Shown in pieces: positions 47,244 to 55,183 of a stretch of 64,000 bases of DNA. Under the pieces are notes generated by a model. The model was not told where the DNA came from and did no database searches. It saw only the letters and a program-made list of their open reading frames with translations. A program made the translations under genes and the position numbers. Origin of the DNA: an uncultured Gemmatimonadota bacterium (lineage in GTDB: Bacteria > GCA-2686955 > CAYMWF01). Positions within the stretch are counted from its first letter, which is position 1, and each line of letters starts with the position of its first letter. The DNA lies in contig CAYMWF010000020.1 of the NCBI GenBank assembly GCA_964394085.1, positions 11,615 through 75,614 of the forward strand. The letters are read 5' to 3'.

Positions 47244-49844
47244 CTAGAGGGGCTGTTTCTGGATTTTAAACGGCCTCTTCCACTCGCTGAGCTCCAGGAA
47301 GGTTACACCGTTCACCCGAAGCGGGATTTCGAGGTCGAGATGCCCGTAGGGCGCCAGGCGGTTCGCCGGGGGCGCGTCTTCGACCAGGTCGTCCGTCTCC
47401 TGGAGCTGAACCACGTCTTCGGGGTCGTAGACCGGTTTCACGGGCAGGGCCTGGTAGGCGTGGTACGGGCTCGAGTGGTCGCGGTCGACGCGCCACCGCC
47501 GGACGGTGACGGCCGACCAGGGGATCCGGTCGAGGGAAAGCTGAACGGTGAATTCCGTCTCCTCGGATGATTCGGTATCGTACTTGTCGTGACTGTAGAG
47601 GAGGATTCCGTGGCGCTCGGGAGCAACGCTCCTGAAACCGCCGAAGCGGATCCCTTCGATCGATTGCGGCTGGAGAGCATCGAGGTTCCGGTTCATGTGG
47701 GCGAGCAGCTCGATGAAGTTGAAGATGCCCTTCCTGATCGTAACGATGCGGTCCTCCTCCCCGTCTCCGTTGTCGTCGACCCTGATGAGGCCGGTCACCG
47801 AACTCAGTCCCTGGCCGTTGTAGTCGAAGGGCCAGACCGTGAGCACGGCCTCGTGACGGGCATACCTCGGATCCGCCTCGGCCTCGATTATCATCCTGCC
47901 GATCCAGTCGGCGCACCAGGTGGGGAAGTATCCGTTCCCCTCGTAGATCCGGCCCGAAGCGGGATCCGGACGGGGAATCCAGTCCGGAGTGCACTCGAAG
48001 GAGGTTACGTTCAGGGAATCGTAATAATCGGGATCGATTGCGAGGGCCTTGTCGCGCAGCCAGGTCATGTCCTCCACGGCCTCGGAGGCGTGGCGGTACT
48101 CGTGCATCGAAACGAAGTCGAGGGGCGATCCTTTACCGCTGTATTCGCCGCAGAGCCGGGCGACTCTTTCGGACAGCTTGTCGTCGAACTCGGGGTTCGC
48201 GCAGACGAAGTTCTGTTCGGCGATGCCGCCGCCCGGCTTGTTCACCGCGCCCGAGCAGTGGTAGTAGGCGTCCTGGGTCCAGGTCCGTCCGCCCAGCCAG
48301 GCGGCCTCGATGCCTCCGACCTGCACCCGCTCCGCATCCAGCCCCCGATCCTCGAAGGCCGTGAGAAAAGCGTTAACGGAATAATCGTAGAACTCGTAGA
48401 ATTCGTTCTTCGTGCCTGACCAGAAGTGCCCGATGAAGTTGTTCTCGTTGCCGACGGAGTAATAAAAATCGGTGACGGGTTCGCCGTAGCGGTCGATGAG
48501 GTGGAAGGTCAGCTCCCTGACGAAATCGTGCCACTGGAGGTAATTTTTCGGCGGCGAGATGCTTCCGTGGCCGCCGATGCTTCCCGGAACCGGTTCCCGG
48601 GCGAGGTCGAGGGGCACGTAGGAGAGGTTGACCTGGAGGCGCCTGCCGTGCTGCCCGTGGACGATGTCCCACTCGTCGTCGATCCTGGTCCAGTAATAGA
48701 CCTGCGTGCCGATCGGATCGAACTTTCTCAGGTAGCAGAGAGGGAGCGTGAAATTGTCCGGGGTTTCGGGGATGTCCGGGGGATGTGAGCCCGGATAGTC
48801 GAGAATCCAGCTCGAGGGCGGGTTCTCGAGTTTCGTTACGGCGGCGATCTTCAGCGAATCGTCGACCGCGACGATGGTTGCGGTTTCGAACTTCTCCCTG
48901 TCGGCGACGGTGATTACGTCGCCCGGGAAATAATCTCCCGAGAGGGGCCTGTCCGGTGGGATGCCGTAGAGAGGCCCCTCCTCGAGATCCGTAACCTGCA
49001 GCAGGGTCTGATCGCCGTCGTTGCCGATCCAGATGATCTGGCGCGTCTCGATCTCGCGCACCGGGTTCGGATTGCCGTCGAAGACGCCGTTGTGCCAGTA
49101 GTCGCTCGTGAGGGGCCAGTCCCGCTGCAGCGACCAGGCATCCGGGTTGATGGCGTTGACCGAATCCATCAAAACGTAGGAGTCGAGCTGGTCGAAGAGC
49201 CGGCTCGTGTCGAAATCCGGCTTGAGAAGACCGCTGAAGAACCAGCCCTCCCAGTGGACCGTCGGGCCGCCGAGGTCGACGTCCCACGACACCGCCGGAT
49301 TCTCGATAACCGGCCGGGTGGTGAACGACCAGGAATCGAGCGACGGGTTTATGGGAACGCCGTCCCGGGTCTCCGCGTAGACTTCGACGGTGTAGGTTCT
49401 CGCGGGATCGAGGGTTCTGTCCGAGGCGACGTAGACGGCGTCTCCGTTGAAGTCTCCGCTGTCGATCCCTTCGATAATCTCTCCCTCGAATCCCGGGGCG
49501 AAGACGCCGCCCGGCAGCAGGACGGGAACCGGCCCGCCTCCCGCGGGGATAAGGACGGCGGTGGTTTGATCCGTGGCGATCTTACCCTCTTCTCCATTGG
49601 AATCGGGCACGATTACCTCGAAGTATACACTGGTCCGGGTTGTTACGTCCGCCCGGTTCTTGTAAGGCCGCGGGACGGGGTTCAACTGGTTGGCGAAGTT
49701 CAACCTCGGCGCATCGCTTGCCAGGGAGGAACCCGCGAGGACCAGGGCAAGAAGGAGTATCGCCGCTGCCGTCGTGTCCCTGCCGAAAAAATTCCGAGTC
49801 TTACACCCGGGAGTATTGCAGAAATCAAAACCGCTCTTTTTCAT
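47244..49844 (-). CDS. Secreted hypothetical protein, putative GH-A clan glycoside hydrolase-like
   Basis: Signal peptide. A GH-A-like acid/base motif YYSVGNENNF followed by DFVSMHEY (H.Y). Otherwise unassigned. Many antisense ORFs here are judged spurious. Confidence 0.35.
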   Translation of the reverse strand: MKKSGFDFCNTPGCKTRNFFGRDTTAAAILLLALVLAGSSLASDAPRLNFANQLNPVPRPYKNRADVTTRTSVYFEVIVPDSNGEEGKIATDQTTAVLIPAGGGPVPVLLPGGVFAPGFEGEIIEGIDSGDFNGDAVYVASDRTLDPARTYTVEVYAETRDGVPINPSLDSWSFTTRPVIENPAVSWDVDLGGPTVHWEGWFFSGLLKPDFDTSRLFDQLDSYVLMDSVNAINPDAWSLQRDWPLTSDYWHNGVFDGNPNPVREIETRQIIWIGNDGDQTLLQVTDLEEGPLYGIPPDRPLSGDYFPGDVITVADREKFETATIVAVDDSLKIAAVTKLENPPSSWILDYPGSHPPDIPETPDNFTLPLCYLRKFDPIGTQVYYWTRIDDEWDIVHGQHGRRLQVNLSYVPLDLAREPVPGSIGGHGSISPPKNYLQWHDFVRELTFHLIDRYGEPVTDFYYSVGNENNFIGHFWSGTKNEFYEFYDYSVNAFLTAFEDRGLDAERVQVGGIEAAWLGGRTWTQDAYYHCSGAVNKPGGGIAEQNFVCANPEFDDKLSERVARLCGEYSGKGSPLDFVSMHEYRHASEAVEDMTWLRDKALAIDPDYYDSLNVTSFECTPDWIPRPDPASGRIYEGNGYFPTWCADWIGRMIIEAEADPRYARHEAVLTVWPFDYNGQGLSSVTGLIRVDDNGDGEEDRIVTIRKGIFNFIELLAHMNRNLDALQPQSIEGIRFGGFRSVAPERHGILLYSHDKYDTESSEETEFTVQLSLDRIPWSAVTVRRWRVDRDHSSPYHAYQALPVKPVYDPEDVVQLQETDDLVEDAPPANRLAPYGHLDLEIPLRVNGVTFLELSEWKRPFKIQKQPL

Positions 49845-49942
49845 TTCGTTCCATCCTCGATGAGAATAAATGCGGGGCCGGTCAGCGAGCGATAAACGCC
49901 GCTTTCAATGACATTGATATTATAACATCCGCAGGACCATAA

Positions 49943-50115
49943 TTCTCCTTGTGGAGAAAATGGGCGGACGGAGAAGCCGCCCGCGGCAGAGTAAAAAGCC
50001 CAGCCTGGTTTACATAATATTTCTTCACACGGAGAAAATGGGCGGACGGAGAAGCCGCCCGCGGCAAAGTAAAAAGCCCAGCCTGGTTTACATAATATTT
50101 CTTCACACGGAGAAA
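49943..50115. repeat. About 2.5 tandem copies of a ~71-bp unit, each carrying a degenerate TTTCTYCAC-GGAGAAAA motif
   Basis: Unit ...atatttcttcacacggagaaaatgggcggacggagaagccgcccgcggcaRagtaaaaagcccagcctggtttacataat. Divergent region between the 49844 (minus) and 50309 (plus) genes. Confidence 0.8.
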
Positions 50116-50308
50116 ATTCTCAGTATGAGCCGCGACCCTGTGGCGAGAGAAAAATACAGGCATCAACTTCGCCCCGTCCGCGTCAGAAAAGCTGAACATC
50201 GTTGAATTCGGCTGGTGCCTTTTGCCCTTTGCACTGCAGAGGGAAAATGGATTATACTTGATAAAGGGCTGACATACTTGATAACCGGCCAACGACTGGG
50301 AGTCATCC

Positions 50309-52402
50309 ATGGTATTTGAAACTTTACGATTGTCAACCGGATTCACCGTGGCCGCCTTTCTCCGTCTTTCGTCTGCTGCCGCCGTTTCCGCCTTCACCGT
50401 CGCACTCGTTTTCGTCGTCGCACTCGCCTTCGCCGCCGCGCCAGCGGCGCACGCCTACGAGCTCAGCATGGTCGGATACTCCAAGGGCGCGGCGAGCCTG
50501 GAAATCGAAACCGGCGACGGCCTCGTTTACGTGGGCGCCGGCTCCACCATGAAGGTGTTCGAGTCCGGGGCGGAGCCGCCCCTCGTTCAACTCGGCGATT
50601 TCCGGGTCCATTCCCTTATTCATGACCTCAAACTCGCGGACGGCGTGCTGTTCGTCGCCGCCAACAACGACGGCGTGTGGGCTCTCGACGTTACCGATCC
50701 GGGCGCCGTACGCTCCCTCGCCCATGTCGTCCCCGTCGATGAAGAAGCCGCATACGATATCACCGTGGTGAACGACACCCTTTACGTGGCCAACCACTCC
50801 AACGTCACGGTATACCGTTTCGAGGGCGACGCCTTGACCCGCATCGGCGCTTTCGGATGGGTCGAAGGCACCGATTACGTGACCGGGTGCGACGTGCGCG
50901 GGTCGACCTGCGCCGTCACGGTTTCCACCAGGTCTTCGGGCGGTGTGGGCTCCCGTAACGGGGTATTCTTCTACGACAGGTTCACCGGCGAAGAAGCGAT
51001 GCCGTTCTACCACCAGGAGGGCGGTTTCCCGGAGGATGTCCTGTTCCCTGAGGATAGCGGCGACGCCATCTTCGTGCTCGGCGGCGGAAACATCCTGATG
51101 ATGCAGGGGTACTTTTACATACTCGACCTGCGCGGCGGCGCGCCGGTCAAGAGCCAGGAATTCCTCGTGCAGGGAGTCTTCCCCGGTTTCGACATGGTTT
51201 CGGTGTTCAACGCGGCCTCCCGGAACGACACCCTGTTCGTCACCACCACCGGCGGCTGGGATTTCGGTGAGGAGGCGGCCGGCGTCTGGGTCTTCGACTG
51301 CACCGATCCCTTCGACGTTTCGCAGATCGCCTGGGTGCCCCAGGGGCTCCTCTACTTCGACACGGCCCTCGACGGCAATCTCCTCCATGTTGCATCGGAA
51401 TGGTACGGCGTCGTCACCGTCGACATCACCGATCTCGACGCCACCGAGATCCTCGGCAACACGGTTACGGGCGGCTGGAACGTGGCCACCGCAGTGAACG
51501 GCGACTGGGTTGTGAACGCCCTCGAGGGATACGGCTTCGAAATCCTCGATATCAGCGATCCCGCAGCCCCGGAAGTGCTCACGCATGATGACAATCCCGG
51601 GTTCTGCAACTCCATCGCTTTCTCCGAGGATCGTTCGCTGGTATTCGGCGGATACCTCTCCACCGGGGGATTCCGGATTTTCGACGTCACCGGCGTCGGA
51701 GGCGGCGGCGATCCCGTGCTCCTGTCGAACCTCCAAAACATCACCGCTGCGAAGCGTATCGCGCCGGTCGGCGACCGCGTCTACGTTGCGCGACCCATCA
51801 ACGGAGTCACGCGGATCGACATTTCGGACCCGTCGAATCCGAGGGTATGCTGCACCGGCTCTATATTCCTCGGCGACCACCAGGATATCGTCGCTCACGG
51901 CGATTCGGTTATTGCGGCGTGCGGCGGCAGGATACAGGCTTTCCTCTTCACCGACGACGCCGCGACTCAGGCGGGTAATATCATCCCGCCGTGGTTCTGG
52001 TTCACGAGCTGCGATGCCGTGGCCTGGAGGGACGGCAACATCTGGGTTCCCTGGCAGAACAAGGGTGTATACCGGTATGAAGCAAGGTTCGAAGGAGGTG
52101 AATTCGTCTTCACCGAGGCGGCGTCCCGCATCGAATCGGGCGACTACGGATACATCACCGTCGACGAAAAATACGTCTACGTCCTCCGAAAAACCGAGGG
52201 GCGGATGCTGGTTCTCGACCGTGAAACCCTCGAACAGGTTGCCGGCTTCACCGCGAGCGGCGGATACCGCGACCTGCCCTTCTACGGCGTCACCGACGTG
52301 AAGGAGCAGGACGGCTTCGTCTTCGTCACCGACTATTTCAGCCAGTTGAATATCGTGCGGAAACCGGGCGGACGCCACATCCTCCCGTGGAAGGCGCGAT
52401 AG
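50309..52402 (+). CDS. Secreted LVIVD-type beta-propeller repeat protein (hypothetical)
   Basis: Hydrophobic N-terminus. Repeated ..DG.LYVA/..D..V.D motifs (GDGLVYVGAG; DGVLFVAANNDGVWALDVTDP; DTLYVANHSNVTVYRF). The antisense ORF 50333..52378 is judged spurious. Confidence 0.55.
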   Translation: MVFETLRLSTGFTVAAFLRLSSAAAVSAFTVALVFVVALAFAAAPAAHAYELSMVGYSKGAASLEIETGDGLVYVGAGSTMKVFESGAEPPLVQLGDFRVHSLIHDLKLADGVLFVAANNDGVWALDVTDPGAVRSLAHVVPVDEEAAYDITVVNDTLYVANHSNVTVYRFEGDALTRIGAFGWVEGTDYVTGCDVRGSTCAVTVSTRSSGGVGSRNGVFFYDRFTGEEAMPFYHQEGGFPEDVLFPEDSGDAIFVLGGGNILMMQGYFYILDLRGGAPVKSQEFLVQGVFPGFDMVSVFNAASRNDTLFVTTTGGWDFGEEAAGVWVFDCTDPFDVSQIAWVPQGLLYFDTALDGNLLHVASEWYGVVTVDITDLDATEILGNTVTGGWNVATAVNGDWVVNALEGYGFEILDISDPAAPEVLTHDDNPGFCNSIAFSEDRSLVFGGYLSTGGFRIFDVTGVGGGGDPVLLSNLQNITAAKRIAPVGDRVYVARPINGVTRIDISDPSNPRVCCTGSIFLGDHQDIVAHGDSVIAACGGRIQAFLFTDDAATQAGNIIPPWFWFTSCDAVAWRDGNIWVPWQNKGVYRYEARFEGGEFVFTEAASRIESGDYGYITVDEKYVYVLRKTEGRMLVLDRETLEQVAGFTASGGYRDLPFYGVTDVKEQDGFVFVTDYFSQLNIVRKPGGRHILPWKAR

Positions 52403-52863
52403 CGGCGGGCATGAGCGCCGACCCTTCCGCGGGCGGCACGCCGCAGACGATGACTCCGCTCCGGAAGGCGATGGAGCAGCCAGGATGAACCCGATGGCTC
52501 CGGGAGCGGTATTCCCCGGGCGGTGGAGACTTCCGCGTGTGCAGGAGCAGCCAGGATGAACCCGATGGCTCCGGGAGCGACACGGACGACGATGGAGCTT
52601 CCACGGAAGGCGGCACTGGCGGGCCGCGGATCCTCCCCCGCGAACGGAACGGCGGCGTTCCCCTTTTCATACCCGCCGGAGCGCTTCTTGACAACCGGCT
52701 GCCGGCGTGTGAATATCCCGCTTATCATACAGCTTACGTGGGTGCGGTGATTGCTCTTATCGATTACTGCGGCTGTAGGGAGGGGGTAAGAAAAATCCCC
52801 GCACGGCGGCTGACTATCCTGCGGTGCTGAACCTCCACCGGCAAACGGCCGGCACATATCTCC

Positions 52864-53553
52864 ATGGCTCGAACGAAAATCATATACTGTTCCGGACCGC
52901 TCTTCTCTCCCGAAGAAATCGCGGCCATGACAAGAATCGGCGCGGTGCTCGAGGAGGCCGGTTACGATACTTTCGTTCCCCACCGCGACGGAATCGAACG
53001 ATTCGTGATGCAGCTCACCAGGACGCCGGGGCCGAATATACCCGGCGCCGCTCCGATCAGCAGAAAGATCGGCCGCATCATTTTCGCCCTCGACGTGTAC
53101 CAGGTGGTCGAACGCTGCGATGCACTCGTATACAACATGAACGGCCGCGTCCCCGATGAGGGCGGCGCGGTGGAGACGGCCATCGCATTCGCGGTTGGAA
53201 AACCTCTGCTGATCTACAAACAGGACGCCCGTTCCACTTTCAACGGTCACGATAACGCCATGCTCATCGGGCTCACTCATAACTATTCAACCGTCGGCGA
53301 TGTCGACAAGCTGCCCGGGGAGCTCGAAAAGGTGATGGAGATGGCCGGGGAAAGCGGGACGCATAAGATGAACGGGGAGGGCGGCACGCATCCTTCCGGT
53401 GAGCGGAAGCTCCCTCCCCGTTTGCGCAGGGAGCTGGTCCTGGGACGCCGCGTCTGGCGCTTCCTCGAAAAAGCGCCCAAACCGAAATCCCACAGGGATG
53501 CGGCTCAATTGCTCGATGAGCTGGCAAAACTCAGAGGCGATGAGATCGGCTGA
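52864..53553 (+). CDS. Nucleoside 2-deoxyribosyltransferase-like protein
   Basis: N-terminal IIYCSGPLFSPEE and ..DALVYNMNG...GGAVETAIAFAVGKPLL pattern, typical of the deoxyribosyltransferase/Rcl fold. A possible promoter is TTGACA(52688)-17-GAATAT. Confidence 0.45.
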   Translation: MARTKIIYCSGPLFSPEEIAAMTRIGAVLEEAGYDTFVPHRDGIERFVMQLTRTPGPNIPGAAPISRKIGRIIFALDVYQVVERCDALVYNMNGRVPDEGGAVETAIAFAVGKPLLIYKQDARSTFNGHDNAMLIGLTHNYSTVGDVDKLPGELEKVMEMAGESGTHKMNGEGGTHPSGERKLPPRLRRELVLGRRVWRFLEKAPKPKSHRDAAQLLDELAKLRGDEIG

Positions 53554-53625
53554 CAGAACCGGCCGAACCACCATAATATCACGCATGCACCTTCAGAACC
53601 GGGTGCAGCCGGAGACAGTTTTCCC

Positions 53626-54573
53626 ATGTCAAACCAAGCAGATACCGAAGTTCTCATCGTAGGAAGCTTCGTACAGGATCTCTCCTTCCGCAGCGTCGCC
53701 TTTCCCAGACCGGGGGAAACGGTCGTAGGCACATTTTCTACCGGCCCGGGAGGCAAAGGCTCCAACCAGGCCGTTGCGGCCGCCCGATCCGGGGCGAGGA
53801 CCGCCTTCGTGGGCGCAGTCGGCCGGGATGCGTTCGGGGAGGAGGTCCGCCGCTTCTATGCCGCCGAAGGAATCGACGGGAGGTTCGCCACCAAACCGGA
53901 TGCGGCCACCGGTGCGGCGGGCATCCTGGTCGATGACGAAGGAGAGAACGAGATCGTCGTGGCCCTCGGCGCCAACCTGGAGCTCTCGACCGGCGACGTG
54001 CCCTGGGATCTCGTGAATGCCGCCCGCATCGTCGTCTGTCAGCATGAAATCGATCTGGCGACCAACGCCCGGGTGCTTGTACACGCCCGCGAACACGGGC
54101 GGACCACGGTGCTGAACCCCGCTCCGATGCGGCCCGATTTCGATGCCGACGTTCTAAGTTACGTGGATATACTTGTTCCCAACGAGATGGAGTTTGCGGC
54201 CCTCGCCGGACTCGATCCCGAAACCGTGGTAAACATGCCGGCAGTCGAACTGGAAGCTCAGGCCCGTTCCCTGGGAGTTCCGACCGTCATCATCACGCTA
54301 GGTGTGCGAGGCTGCCTCGTTTCGACGCCCGGACGCCATGCACTGCTGCCCGCCCATACCGGGATCGAAGTCGTCGATACGACCGGGGCCGGAGACGCCT
54401 TCGTCGGCGGATTCGCAGCGGGATATGTCCGGCTCGACGGCGACCTCTTCGGCGCGGCCGCCTGGGGAAACGCCGCTGCGGCCCTGTGCGTGGGACGTCC
54501 CGGAACCGCACCGGCGATGCCCCTCGAAAACGAGGTGGCGGAGCTCCTTGAATCCTCCACCGGTCCCGAGTAA
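53626..54573 (+). CDS. rbsK: Ribokinase (PfkB family)
   Basis: N-terminal VVGSFVQDL...GGKGSNQAVAAAR. C-terminal DTTGAGDAFVGGFAAG (PfkB signature 2). Confidence 0.85.
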   Translation: MSNQADTEVLIVGSFVQDLSFRSVAFPRPGETVVGTFSTGPGGKGSNQAVAAARSGARTAFVGAVGRDAFGEEVRRFYAAEGIDGRFATKPDAATGAAGILVDDEGENEIVVALGANLELSTGDVPWDLVNAARIVVCQHEIDLATNARVLVHAREHGRTTVLNPAPMRPDFDADVLSYVDILVPNEMEFAALAGLDPETVVNMPAVELEAQARSLGVPTVIITLGVRGCLVSTPGRHALLPAHTGIEVVDTTGAGDAFVGGFAAGYVRLDGDLFGAAAWGNAAAALCVGRPGTAPAMPLENEVAELLESSTGPE

Positions 54574-54825
54574 CAGCACGCCTGACGGCAAGAGCGGAAT
54601 AGAACCCCCACTGGCAAAGAGGAGCAGAACGCCCTCCGGCACGGAGCAGCAAATCGTCCACCGGGACGAGAGAACAAAACACCTCCTGCCACTTGCGAGT
54701 GGCGAAAAACCGCTTCTATCACAACGGAAAACCAAGCTGCTGAATGACCTTTCACTTGAGATTCCACCGGGGCTCCTGTTAAATGAAAAGAGACTTCTCA
54801 AAAGCGGGCGAATCCGGATTTCAAC

Positions 54826-55092
54826 TTTTGTCACGTGACAAAAATCGTCGTCGATTGGGGGGGCGTTCGGAGAAACCGGCACCGAGAGTTGCGCGGCGAG
54901 AATCGGCACCGGGCGACGGACAGCGAAAATCGACTCCAAGCACCGGGCAGCGGAAATCGGCACCGGGCGGCGGGCAGCGGGCGGCGAAAATCGGCACCGG
55001 GCGGCGGGCAGCTGAAACCGGATTCTCCACGTGGAGAAACGCCCAATTGTAGTCATTGAAGACCTGGCCGCAACTTTTGTCACGTGACAAAA
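54826..55092. promoter_or_regulatory. Array of CACGTG-core perfect palindromes upstream of hypF, plus flanking direct repeats
   Basis: TTTTGTCACGTGACAAAA at 54826-54843 and 55075-55092; TTCTCCACGTGGAGAA at 55023-55038. The region also holds about 60-bp direct repeats (54820-54880 versus 55068-55130) and 3-4 copies of aaatcggcaccgggcggcgggcagc. Confidence 0.6.
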
Positions 55093-55183
55093 ATCGATAC
55101 CGACTTAGGGGGCCGTCCGGAGACATCGACACCAATGTTGCCCCCCAATTTATTCATCTTCGCGAAAGAGTGGTTCAAGCGGA

